Source: a virus (Duplodnaviria > Caudoviricetes). From it: a stretch of DNA of 25,479 nucleotides. The stretch lies in the IMG/VR virus record IMGVR_UViG_3300012665_001208, positions 1 through 25,479 of that record; one strand, given 5' to 3'. The translations under genes were made by a program, and so were the position numbers. The notes under the pieces were generated by a model. The model worked only from the letters and a program-made list of their open reading frames with translations. It was not told where the DNA came from and made no database searches. Positions 8,601-16,601 of the stretch are shown here, piece after piece (the first letter of the stretch is position 1; every line of letters starts with the position of its first letter).

Positions 8601-9239
8601 AAAAATAATCAAGAAGTTGTAGGCTTGCAGATGTTTTTAATGTATAACGAGTCTAATGAATTTACAGAAAGAAGAAAAATTGGTAAAATATTTAGCTCTA
8701 ATAATTCTTATGACATTGTTTTAGATCCTGAAACTGATGGAAAGAGAGCTTTTGTTTATATCTATGATTCACAAAATGGAACTCAATTTACTAACGCAAG
8801 GTTCTTTTTAAATGGAAAACTTGTTAATGACATAGTTATTGAGCCACTAGCTTGGAACTATATTGCTATATCTTTACAAGAAAATGCAATCCCCCTAGAT
8901 GGAATTATTGGTCAAATTGAAATCTATTCTGGAGTAAAGGTAGACAATGTTGCAAGTTTTATGGAATTAAATCCTATTAAACAAGAATTAACTGTTTATG
9001 ATGAATGGAATGTTGTTGATGATCAAAACTGGAACTATTGGTCTTCATCTGCAACATGGGTTCAAGTTTTAGATGAGCAGTCTCTTGAAGTTACAGTTTT
9101 ATCTTTAGATGGAAAAGAAATTTTTGACACATATGTAGGATTATCGTCAGGCATTGCTAATGATAGAAAGGTACTTAATATCACTGAAGACTTTGCTGTA
9201 ATAATAAATGACACAACTTGGGACGAATTTTTGGTTTAA
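5628..9239 (+). CDS. Large LamG/concanavalin-A-like beta-rich virion structural protein (1203 aa)
   Basis: N-terminal HPVALWAMDE, then TLTAEFWLRI...WYRPMLVHF...LMINGEKV LamG-type strands. Acidic and aromatic-rich. GAGGT SD. Confidence 0.65.
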   Translation: MSYTRSSLYASRVYAEHPVALWAMDEPNYFISLISESEKEITEANWDFDNAVRNASATFTLTGYPFDDLDVNKIYLATASAATIEFTVSLSSSLSYVEFDPNKGSVCVSNYIYVPEQTSILYTDIGFTVDGQESYTRYSFLKTNNWEKISHTEPVLGESFTPFIRVVFDQDVDAGEIDSSIYFNGVSVGQWSEPYNSISTGISSASLVNLPSGISSLIDYPETIKCTVLDPYGLGDSSDNGYVTCLNNSLSAKLSGIPMVYGSSGNIQLNKDGIVLTESIDGSSSEPITIDGGSSSSSSAAYVEYIDGGGALEFLYLTESQYYNFPSLVFPGKGFLNQYGYNKTLTAEFWLRISPETTTRRRIFGPLRSEDGIYVDKDLITVNVGKYTKSYFIGKWYRPMLVHFCQSPNEIFLMINGEKVISIPIDSLNISTFPPESEDYLGFYANEFIYLFELDSFSIFPYAVPEQVAKKRYVFGQGVEEQENIVASKNGDLSYVDFPFSGYSSTVRYPDRSKWNDAFFNNIVADEKGISLPKYKLPEILFNNNTALTNAQKSSITSGFYEENYQIQDEEYPYISMDPNNTYIANGSYGSIYFSKLNQTNDETRSVHAILKSSSDVSTRQSLIYISNSFDGNTFEVAINSGSIQYIYNETVLNSASVGATSYFAVGVDFENFQETYFSTVGSFFSRPEILSLNFAGDRQDVFLGKIFSLTLNNDFFVDKDRSQIFNSSGIAVKNFDSSLYEYIGSYTLLPKTTNTSVILDIGVSGYWENSIPLSYFGKYITEANGNLKYDLDLLQFNIDTPSSIFSKYNQESSQYQDSLSTSVYITLQNMLEVGQVVYTQFTNEENVGMNRILNLGEITSPEDTKYKINDGTIIYPPKDVSGFTNYYLTIHIEISSKGINTEDIKIKNMGLAALSFDEGQFYSINTPAVGKFYPIVKNEDQYVYKRKIPVIIDTESSPYLYLSGDSGLEILPEIDENLIKGISVPINQTLKNNQEVVGLQMFLMYNESNEFTERRKIGKIFSSNNSYDIVLDPETDGKRAFVYIYDSQNGTQFTNARFFLNGKLVNDIVIEPLAWNYIAISLQENAIPLDGIIGQIEIYSGVKVDNVASFMELNPIKQELTVYDEWNVVDDQNWNYWSSSATWVQVLDEQSLEVTVLSLDGKEIFDTYVGLSSGIANDRKVLNITEDFAVIINDTTWDEFLV

Positions 9240-9250
9240 GCGATAATTTA

Positions 9251-9259
9251 TGGTACAAT
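9251..9259 (+). promoter_or_regulatory. Extended -10 promoter TGGTACAAT, leaderless transcript
   Basis: TGn-TACAAT followed 6 nt later by ATG 9266, with no SD. Confidence 0.65.
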
Positions 9260-9265
9260 AATGTC

Positions 9266-9637
9266 ATGGATTATCTAGATGGATTACAAAAATTGCCAAA
9301 CAAGCCAAAAGTAAGCTACGTTGAAAACGATGCTGAGTACGGTTTATATGTTTGGAAAACAGAAACAGGAAGAATATTTGGAGATGGTGATGGAAGTTTT
9401 ATGAATATTCCAGCCAGAAAATATGACATAACTGCTATTAATAGAATTACACAGGCAGCAGCACACTATGGAGCTGGTCCAGGTAAAGCAGTATTTATGC
9501 CAGGAGTCACAAGAATTACAGATGAAGAACACTCTGTTCAAATTGACAGAATGAAGCAGGGATATATTCCAAGCGAATTTGACACTGGTGCTTTTGCTGA
9601 TGCTGCAAAGGGGTTGCAAAAGCATGGAAATGACTAA
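9266..9637 (+). CDS. Conserved hypothetical phage protein preceding portal (123 aa)
   Basis: Start moved to ATG 9266 based on the promoter and the end of the upstream gene at 9239. Composition is protein-like (YGLYVW, AAAHYG, RMKQGYIP) and the ORF overlaps the portal start. Confidence 0.75.
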   Translation: MDYLDGLQKLPNKPKVSYVENDAEYGLYVWKTETGRIFGDGDGSFMNIPARKYDITAINRITQAAAHYGAGPGKAVFMPGVTRITDEEHSVQIDRMKQGYIPSEFDTGAFADAAKGLQKHGND

Positions 9638-11183
9638 TGAAGTTATTGCTAGAATTGATAATCTAGACAAAAATAAACCATCTGCCAATAAAACAGATGA
9701 CTTTATGACTGAATCAGAGCTTGTAAAAGGTTTTGACGGCATAGATGCTAATTTCAAACGCAGAATTACAAGAATGAATAAGGCTTATACTGGTCAAGAT
9801 GGTGCAAAGTCTAAGCAGTTATTTCCAGAGCAGGATATTACTACTGCCTATGGTCTTTTTGATGTTGTGCTACCACCTTACAATCTTGACGAACTAGCAT
9901 TCTTCTTTGACAACTCTTTTGCAAACCACGCTGCAATTAATGCAAAGGTGGCAAACACAGTAGGTCTTGGATACAGTTTTATAATGTCTGACATTGTTAA
10001 GTCTAGAATTGAAGAAATTGAAAATGTTGACCAAAGAGTAAGAGCTCAAAGAAAAGTTGAAAGAGCTAAGTCTGAATTAACCAATTGGCTTGAAGAATTG
10101 AATGATGAAGATACTTTTACACATGTTCTTGAAAAAGCTATGACAGATTATGAAGCAACTGGAAATGGATACATTGAAATTGGAAGAAAGAATACTGGTG
10201 AAATTGGATACATTGGTCATATTCCTGCAACAACAATTCGTGTAAGACGTATGCGTGACGGATATGTTCAGATTGTAAATCAAAGAGTAGTTTTCTTTAG
10301 AAACTTTCAGGATACAAAAACAGTAAATCCAGTTACAACAGATCAAAGACCTAATGAACTTATTCATATCAAAAAATACAGCCCTAAAAATACATACTAT
10401 GGAGTTCCAGATGTTGTTTCTGCTGCAACTTCTGTAGTTGGAGATCATCTGGCTGCAAGATATAACATTGACTACTTTGAGAATAAAGCTGTTCCAAGAT
10501 ACATTGTTACTCTTAAGGGTGCAAAACTAAGTTCAGAAGCAGAAGATAAGCTATTTAGATTCCTTCAGTCTGGACTTCGTGGACAGAATCATAGAACCCT
10601 TTATATCCCACTTCCTGGCGATGGTCCAGATAATAAAGTTGAGTTTAAGATGGAGCCAGTTGAAAATGGAATTCAAGAAGGATCTTTTGATAAGTACAGA
10701 ACTTCTAACGTCCATGACATTCTTATGGCACATCAAGTTCCAATTTCAAAAGTTGGTTCAGATCCTGGAAGCTCTATTGCATCTGCACTTGTTTCAGACA
10801 GAACCTTTAAAGAGCAGGTTGCAAGACCTTCACAAAAGAATTTAGAAAAGACAATCAATAAACTAATTAAAGAAAAGACAGATATTCTTTTACTAAAGTT
10901 TAATGAATTAACTTTGACTGATGAAAATACTCAAAGCCAAATTGATGAAAGATATCTGAGAGCACAAGTTGTTGTTCCAAATGATATTAGACCAAGACTT
11001 GGGCTCCCAGTGATTCCACAAGGAGACTCCCCAGTAGCCATGACCCCTCAACAACGTGCAGAACAAAATGCTCAAATGGCTGGAACAAGACAAAGAGATC
11101 AACAAAGAACTAACGAAGCTTCTGATTCAACTTCGACCACAACAGGTAGAAATCCTGGTGGCGAAGGAAGATCAGTAGTATAA
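9624..11183 (+). CDS. Phage portal protein
   Basis: PPYNL..L, HAAINAK, DYEATGNGYIE, NELIHIKKYSP..TYYGVPD, YFENKAVP, IL.AHQVP motifs of HK97/PBSX-type portals. Start at ATG 9624 (or 9630). Confidence 0.92.
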   Translation: MEMTNEVIARIDNLDKNKPSANKTDDFMTESELVKGFDGIDANFKRRITRMNKAYTGQDGAKSKQLFPEQDITTAYGLFDVVLPPYNLDELAFFFDNSFANHAAINAKVANTVGLGYSFIMSDIVKSRIEEIENVDQRVRAQRKVERAKSELTNWLEELNDEDTFTHVLEKAMTDYEATGNGYIEIGRKNTGEIGYIGHIPATTIRVRRMRDGYVQIVNQRVVFFRNFQDTKTVNPVTTDQRPNELIHIKKYSPKNTYYGVPDVVSAATSVVGDHLAARYNIDYFENKAVPRYIVTLKGAKLSSEAEDKLFRFLQSGLRGQNHRTLYIPLPGDGPDNKVEFKMEPVENGIQEGSFDKYRTSNVHDILMAHQVPISKVGSDPGSSIASALVSDRTFKEQVARPSQKNLEKTINKLIKEKTDILLLKFNELTLTDENTQSQIDERYLRAQVVVPNDIRPRLGLPVIPQGDSPVAMTPQQRAEQNAQMAGTRQRDQQRTNEASDSTSTTTGRNPGGEGRSVV

Positions 11184-11223
11184 TATAACGATATAATAAA
11201 ATTACATAAAACACATATATAAT
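11179..11223 (+). promoter_or_regulatory. Two TATAAT -10 elements upstream of the protease gene
   Basis: TATAAT at 11179-11184 and 11218-11223 in an AT-rich gap. Chance occurrence is possible. Confidence 0.45.
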
Positions 11224-11232
11224 AGGAATAAG

Positions 11233-12630
11233 ATGTCTGCTTTAAACAAGGCTTATTGGACTTCAGATAACGATGATATCAAGTTATCAATGCCAATCGC
11301 CAAAATAGATGAAGAGCGTAGAACCGTTTCTGGTTTCGCCACGCTCGATAACATTGACAAGCAATCTGACATTGTTCCAACAGATGTTAGTCTAAAAGCT
11401 TTTGAAACATTTCGTGGTAACTTGAGAGAAATGCATCAACCGATTGCTGTTGGCAAGGTAGTTAATTTTAGACAAGAAAAGTTTTTTGACAAGAGCACGG
11501 ATAGACTATATAATGGTGTTTATGTAGATGCATACATTTCCAAGGGTGCTCAAGATACTTGGGAAAAGGTTCTGGATGGAACTTTGACAGGATTCTCAAT
11601 TGGCGGAGTAATTAAAGAAGCTGAAAATTCATGGGATGAAAATGTTGAAAAGACAATCAGAATTGTAAAAGATTATGAACTTCATGAACTATCTTTGGTA
11701 GACAATCCTGCAAATCAGTTTGCAAATGTCGTGTCTATTCAGAAGATTAACAAAGATGAACAAATTGATGGTATAATTGCAAAAGCAGATCTTGAAAATG
11801 TCTACTGGTGTGAGAATGACGGTATCGTCAGACTTTCAGAAGTTGATGATTCAAGTTGCCCTTCATGTGAAGTTAGCATGAAGAATATTGGTTTCGTAGA
11901 GACAAAGGATACAGAAAAGGCTATGACAGTTAAATCACTTTTAAACAAGTTTATTGGTGCTACAGATGTTAGCAAATCTGAAGATGTTTCCGAAGCCCCA
12001 CAAACTTCAAGCGAAACGCTTGAAACAGCGATTGACAATAATGCGTCAATTGTAAAAAACAATATAGAGGAGGAGAACAACGTGTCAGAAGATAATACAG
12101 TAGTAGAAGAGACCGTTGAAGAAGTTGCAGCTGAAGAAGCTGTTGCTGAAGCTCCTGCCGAAGAAACCGTAGAAAAGTCAGTTGACGCAGTTGACGCTGT
12201 TGAGGAAACAGTAGCTAAGTCTGCTGATCCAGAAGAAGCACCTGCAGAAGAAGTTGCAGAAGAAGTTGCTTCTGATGACGTTGAAGTTGAGAAGTCTGTT
12301 ATTGCAGAAGATACAACCGATTCTGAGCTTGCAAAAGCTGTTGACGAAATTAAGGTTTCAGTAACAGAGGCAGTGAGTGAACTTATTTCAACAATGAAGT
12401 CACTAAATGAAGAGATTGCAGACCTTAAAAAAGGTCACGCCACAGTAGCAGAAGAAGTTGCTGGAGTAAGAGGCAGTCTTGAAGAGTTTGGAAAGCGTGT
12501 AGATGGTCTAGAAGACGAAACCGCTGTCCGTAAGTCTGGCGATCTTGGCGGGATCGTTCAGGGCAATACAATAAGAAAAGGGTCTATGTGGGGTGGACGT
12601 TTCCTAAATTCCGCTGACCTATATCATTAA
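11233..12630 (+). CDS. HK97-type prohead protease fused to Zn-ribbon-like linker and acidic scaffold region
   Basis: VSGFAT, REMHQPIAVGK (His), TGFSIGG (Ser), ELSLVDNPAN. These are followed by WCEND...CPSC and a Glu/Ala/Val-rich coiled-coil tail. Confidence 0.9.
   Translation: MSALNKAYWTSDNDDIKLSMPIAKIDEERRTVSGFATLDNIDKQSDIVPTDVSLKAFETFRGNLREMHQPIAVGKVVNFRQEKFFDKSTDRLYNGVYVDAYISKGAQDTWEKVLDGTLTGFSIGGVIKEAENSWDENVEKTIRIVKDYELHELSLVDNPANQFANVVSIQKINKDEQIDGIIAKADLENVYWCENDGIVRLSEVDDSSCPSCEVSMKNIGFVETKDTEKAMTVKSLLNKFIGATDVSKSEDVSEAPQTSSETLETAIDNNASIVKNNIEEENNVSEDNTVVEETVEEVAAEEAVAEAPAEETVEKSVDAVDAVEETVAKSADPEEAPAEEVAEEVASDDVEVEKSVIAEDTTDSELAKAVDEIKVSVTEAVSELISTMKSLNEEIADLKKGHATVAEEVAGVRGSLEEFGKRVDGLEDETAVRKSGDLGGIVQGNTIRKGSMWGGRFLNSADLYH
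12082..12630 (+). CDS. Nested scaffolding protein from an internal in-frame GTG (182 aa)
   Basis: GAGGAGG at 12067-12073, 8 nt before in-frame GTG 12082, exactly where composition switches to acidic low complexity. Analogous to lambda C/Nu3. Confidence 0.7.
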   Translation: MSEDNTVVEETVEEVAAEEAVAEAPAEETVEKSVDAVDAVEETVAKSADPEEAPAEEVAEEVASDDVEVEKSVIAEDTTDSELAKAVDEIKVSVTEAVSELISTMKSLNEEIADLKKGHATVAEEVAGVRGSLEEFGKRVDGLEDETAVRKSGDLGGIVQGNTIRKGSMWGGRFLNSADLYH

Positions 12631-12654
12631 GAGAAACTGGAGGTGAAATAAAAA

Positions 12655-13650
12655 ATGACAGAAAATAATGAAATTTTAGAAAAAGCGGCTGCAGCTGGTA
12701 CTATCGCATCTGGTGGTATTGGTGGAGTAAGCACTCCAGCAGCTGGAATTCTTGACAATACTAACCCAGTTGGTGATCTAGTGTCTGATGGCGGTATTTT
12801 GCAGCCTGAACAGTCACGTCAGTTCATTGAGTATATCTTTGAACAGCAGGTTCTAGCCCAAGATGGTCGTAGAGTCACAATGAGAGCTAACACAACTGAA
12901 CTTGAGAAGATGAATGTTGGAGAGCGTGTAATCCGTGCAGCAGCACAGGCAGACGCAACCTACACTAACGCTGATGTACAGTTTACAAAGGTTACTCTTA
13001 CAACCAAGAAGATTCGTCTTGACTGGGAAGTTTCAACTGAAGCTCTTGAAGACAATATCGAAGGTGCAGGTCTGGAGGATCACTTGGTCCGTACAATGAC
13101 CCGTGCGTTTGCTAACGATCTTGAAGATCTAGCCATCAATGGTACAGGAACTGGTACAAACAACTTCCTGAACATCCTTGAAGGTTTCGTATCACTCGAA
13201 GCCGATGGTAATTCAGCAACTTATGGTACAACTATCGAAAGATTGCAGGGACTTGTTCTTGCAATGCCTCGTAAGTACCGTGGTTCCCGTTCAAACATGA
13301 AGTTCTATGCAGACACTGAAACCGTTGCAGAAATCATCAACGGTCTTGGTTCTTCTGGTAACTTGAATTCAGAGCGTATCGTTGAGCGTGTTATTGATGG
13401 TGCTGCTCCGCAGACCCTTGGTAGCCCAATCGCATATCGTGTTCTTGGTCTTCCATTAGTTGAAGTTCCTTTGATGCCACATGGTTATGTATCACTTACA
13501 TTCCCAGAAAACCGCATCTGGGGCTTCCAGAGAGACGTAACAGTACACCGTGAATTCAAGCCAAAGAAGGATACTGTAGAATACACAGTATTCCTACGCT
13601 TTGGTGTTGCAATCGAAGAAACCGATGCAGTAGCATTCATGAACGACTAA
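12655..13650 (+). CDS. Major capsid protein (HK97 fold)
   Basis: GGILQPEQSRQFI, EVSTEALEDNIEG, FANDLEDLAINGTG, LGLPLVEVP. Lies after protease/scaffold, has a strong GGAGG SD and is followed by a terminator. Confidence 0.93.
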   Translation: MTENNEILEKAAAAGTIASGGIGGVSTPAAGILDNTNPVGDLVSDGGILQPEQSRQFIEYIFEQQVLAQDGRRVTMRANTTELEKMNVGERVIRAAAQADATYTNADVQFTKVTLTTKKIRLDWEVSTEALEDNIEGAGLEDHLVRTMTRAFANDLEDLAINGTGTGTNNFLNILEGFVSLEADGNSATYGTTIERLQGLVLAMPRKYRGSRSNMKFYADTETVAEIINGLGSSGNLNSERIVERVIDGAAPQTLGSPIAYRVLGLPLVEVPLMPHGYVSLTFPENRIWGFQRDVTVHREFKPKKDTVEYTVFLRFGVAIEETDAVAFMND

Positions 13651-13663
13651 TTATAGTCACAAT

Positions 13664-13704
13664 TGGAGGGGAGGCATTAATTTGTCTCCCCTTCATCTAT
13701 TTAT
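13664..13704 (+). terminator. Intrinsic terminator after the capsid gene
   Basis: 13-bp stem TGGAGGGGAGGCA / TGTCTCCCCTTCA with two G-U pairs, 6-nt loop, T-rich tail TCTATTTAT. Confidence 0.8.
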
Positions 13705-13707
13705 AAA

Positions 13708-13716
13708 TGATATAAT
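13708..13716 (+). promoter_or_regulatory. Extended -10 promoter TGATATAAT
   Basis: Perfect TGn-TATAAT immediately after the terminator. Confidence 0.7.
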
Positions 13717-13730
13717 AATATAGATGTATT

Positions 13731-13922
13731 ATGACAAAAGTTAAAGATGATCTTGTTTGTTTATTTGTAGAAAATGCAAGTGTCTATGAAAAAACTCTTG
13801 GTAAACTTAATAGAGGATATAACGTTGTAAGTAAAGAAGATGCTGATGTATGGGTTAGCAAATTTCCCAAAATTAGAATCACATCTCCAGAGGAGGTAGC
13901 CGAAGTTTTCGGTGTTAAATAA
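13731..13922 (+). CDS. Small hypothetical head-associated protein (63 aa)
   Basis: Fills the gap after the promoter and is TAATG-coupled to the next gene. Confidence 0.65.
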   Translation: MTKVKDDLVCLFVENASVYEKTLGKLNRGYNVVSKEDADVWVSKFPKIRITSPEEVAEVFGVK

Positions 13923-14794
13923 TGGAAATTTTAAGAATTAATGGAAGTATTCCAGTAGCTTCTTTTTCAGACCTTGTTCCAAATGGTCGCTATACAATTG
14001 ACTACTCAGATCTTTTAACGGACGAGGTATTTTCTGCAACTGCAAGTGCAAATGCTTCTGGAGATATTTCTTTTGTATTAAACAGTAAGTATATTTCTTA
14101 TGATGGCAACCTAGAGGCAACGGTATACGATACATATGACGATGAAGTAATTGTTACAAATATAGATGTCGTAAGACCATATTGCGACATTTATTCCCTT
14201 GCAACCGAATTAAATAAGACTGTTGCACAAGTAAGAGAAATGGAAAGAATTGCAAGATATATTATAGATTCTGAAACATTTGGTGGATTTAAATTTGTAA
14301 GAAAAGAAAAAGAAGTAGTTGGACTAGGGTCTGACTACCTTGTTATTGATGAAAAAATTCATAAGCTACATAAGTTGTATGAAAACTTAGAGCTAGTCTA
14401 TGATTCAAGCTCACAAACAAATGATCAAGAGTTTGAAATCTCAAAAGATAAAACTTCTATTGTTCTAACACAGACAGAAACTAATAGAGTTAATTACAAT
14501 AGAGTTTGGAGAGATAGATATCTCGATGTTGATTTTGCGGATGGATTTGAATACCTTGTTGATGCAGACTTTGGATGGAAAGTAATTCCTCAAGACATAC
14601 AAGAAGCAACCGCACTTCTAGTTGCTGACATTTCAAGCGACAACATGAAGTACATAAATAAGTATATTGAGTCATTTGACAATGATGACTTTAAGATTAA
14701 GTTTGCAAAGAACTTTAATGCATCAACTGGAAATCTTGTTGTTGATAGAATCCTAACAAAGTATAAGAATAGCATCCGTATTGGGGTGTTATAA
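13922..14794 (+). CDS. Head-tail adaptor/connector protein
   Basis: C-terminal DFGWKVIPQDIQEATALLV resembles the gp6/gp15-type 'G...P.DI..A' motif. Lies after the capsid gene; GAGGAGG SD. Confidence 0.7.
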   Translation: MEILRINGSIPVASFSDLVPNGRYTIDYSDLLTDEVFSATASANASGDISFVLNSKYISYDGNLEATVYDTYDDEVIVTNIDVVRPYCDIYSLATELNKTVAQVREMERIARYIIDSETFGGFKFVRKEKEVVGLGSDYLVIDEKIHKLHKLYENLELVYDSSSQTNDQEFEISKDKTSIVLTQTETNRVNYNRVWRDRYLDVDFADGFEYLVDADFGWKVIPQDIQEATALLVADISSDNMKYINKYIESFDNDDFKIKFAKNFNASTGNLVVDRILTKYKNSIRIGVL

Positions 14795-15268
14795 ATGCTT
14801 TTTAATTCAACATTTGATAACATTCTTTACCCAATGACTGCAGACATATATTATGCAGTAGAAGTTCAGTCTGATTATGGAAATATGACAAGAACTTGGC
14901 AGTTTGATAGAACCGTTAACTGTTCAGCAATAACTGCAACTTCAGGGGAATTGAATGCAGAACTTAAGGTTAAAGATAAGCTATTTGATTACAACTCTTC
15001 TCTATTCTTTAGAACTAATGAGGATATCAGAAAAAGCTCTTCTGGAAAGTATTATCCAATAACTGCAACTGCTGTTACAAATATGAGGGATCCAAATGGA
15101 GATCCTGTTTGGATTAATACAGAAAATCTTAAAACAAAGGCTGAGACTGTAAAAACAAAGTATGAGATTAAAACAATTATTCCAAGCTTTGATATGTTCC
15201 ATAATATTGGAATGTATAGAGTATTCTTAACTCGCTCAGCAAATCAAAAGTGGGATGTTCCAGAATGA
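14795..15268 (+). CDS. Probable head closure (stopper) protein
   Basis: Beta-rich 157 aa with QSDYGNMTRTW. Assigned from position in the neck module. Confidence 0.55.
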   Translation: MLFNSTFDNILYPMTADIYYAVEVQSDYGNMTRTWQFDRTVNCSAITATSGELNAELKVKDKLFDYNSSLFFRTNEDIRKSSSGKYYPITATAVTNMRDPNGDPVWINTENLKTKAETVKTKYEIKTIIPSFDMFHNIGMYRVFLTRSANQKWDVPE

Positions 15269-15954
15269 TAACAGCAAGAATAAAGGGTGAAAATGTTATT
15301 AAAATGCTTAAAAATTCTGTAGAGTATTCAAGTGCCTTTGCTGCAGAATTAAAAAGAAATCAAGATATTTTAAATAGAAAAGTTGGAAATGAATCAATAG
15401 ATGCTTTTTATCATTATCTTGACGGTCTTGCAAGATCTCATCCAGGAATGTTGCATCACGTTTATGAATGGGGTGAAGTTGGAAATCCTGCAGAAAGACT
15501 GTTTGAATTAACAATGTCTGTAAATAAAACCTCTGCAGTAATTGATGCTGAATTCTTACAATCAAATACTCCTTCTCCAACATCAACAGAGCCATTTTAC
15601 GACAAGGCACAAATTATGGAAGATGGTCAAACAGTTACTATTAATCAAGTAGAAGCAGATGCCTTATTCTTTGAAATAGATGGAGAAGAATTTTTTAGAA
15701 GTGGACCAATTGTTATTGCAAATCCTGGAGGAGATGCAACTAGAGGAGCATTCTTAGAAGCATTTGATGAGTTTTATGGATCTTACTTTACAGAAGTTCA
15801 TTTAAAAGCAATTAGATTTTATCAATACTTTGCAAATCCAAAAGCATTTGAAAACTATTTTTCTTCTGCTACAAAAGGTGGGGCTTCAGCAAAAGGTAGA
15901 AAAGCTGCATTATCATGGATTATGAATGCTCCAGGAGGAAAGAATGATTTATAG
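15265..15954 (+). CDS. Probable neck/tail-completion protein
   Basis: ATGA overlap with the upstream stop supports start 15265. Function from synteny only. Confidence 0.5.
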   Translation: MITARIKGENVIKMLKNSVEYSSAFAAELKRNQDILNRKVGNESIDAFYHYLDGLARSHPGMLHHVYEWGEVGNPAERLFELTMSVNKTSAVIDAEFLQSNTPSPTSTEPFYDKAQIMEDGQTVTINQVEADALFFEIDGEEFFRSGPIVIANPGGDATRGAFLEAFDEFYGSYFTEVHLKAIRFYQYFANPKAFENYFSSATKGGASAKGRKAALSWIMNAPGGKNDL

Positions 15955-16522
15955 ACCAGAAAATATTATTAACCTATATGTTTGGGAACAGTTTAAAACT
16001 CATGCACCAGCATTCTATAACTTATATGGTCCAACATCAGGGGGACCAGACATTGTTCCATTTTTTCCTGCACCAGCAAACAATCTTCCAACTGCTGTAA
16101 TTGAGAATGATTTGCCATATGTTATGTTTGATAAGTTTAGTAGAGTCCGTGGAGGCTATAAATATTTTTACCCTATCAAGACTGACCAGATGAGATATAC
16201 AATCGTTGGTGGCTCTCTGTACGACATTAACAGGAATCAGCAGGACAGGTATGCAACAACTATAAACCTTACAAGCCTTATTCAAAATATCCTGGATAGA
16301 GAAGATGATGCAGCAAGGGATATTAATGAATTTGCTAAAACTTTGCCAGATTACAATGATCCTAATTATCCAGAATTAAACAGATATTACTTCCATTGTG
16401 TAAATGTATTCCAGTCTGGATTCACCACTACTCAGCAAGAAGTCTCTGATTTTATGGAATATAACCCAACTAGAGACCTTATTATTAAATATGATTATCA
16501 TGCTAAACAGTTTAATGAATGA
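15944..16522 (+). CDS. Probable tail terminator protein
   Basis: AGGAGG SD before ATG 15944. LPYVMF strand; immediately precedes the major tail gene. Confidence 0.55.
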   Translation: MIYRPENIINLYVWEQFKTHAPAFYNLYGPTSGGPDIVPFFPAPANNLPTAVIENDLPYVMFDKFSRVRGGYKYFYPIKTDQMRYTIVGGSLYDINRNQQDRYATTINLTSLIQNILDREDDAARDINEFAKTLPDYNDPNYPELNRYYFHCVNVFQSGFTTTQQEVSDFMEYNPTRDLIIKYDYHAKQFNE

Positions 16523-16535
16523 TAAAAACTAGATG

Positions 16536-16541
16536 TATACT
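16536..16541 (+). promoter_or_regulatory. -10 element TATACT upstream of the major tail gene
   Basis: In the 79-nt intergenic gap, about 60 nt before the ATG. No -35 seen. Confidence 0.45.
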
Positions 16542-16601
16542 TAACTTAGGAAACGCCAATCTCCCCATAAATTTTAAGACTATAAAAGAGGTGAAAAAAA
16601 A

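Noticed and set aside
12032-12060. Internal sigma70 promoter from TTGACA at 12032
   Set aside because: No acceptable -10 at 16-18 nt spacing. The hexamer is part of a hairpin arm.
1375-15943. Longest-ORF starts at 1375, 2830, 3617, 9218, 9579, 15250 and 15926
   Set aside because: They overlap upstream genes or promoters. Downstream ATGs (1462, 2848, 3656, 9266, 9624, 15265, 15944) have SD, leaderless or stop-start coupling support.
16523-16601. ncRNA or riboswitch in the gap before the major tail gene
   Set aside because: Short and AT-rich with no convincing stem. It is adequately explained as promoter plus leader.
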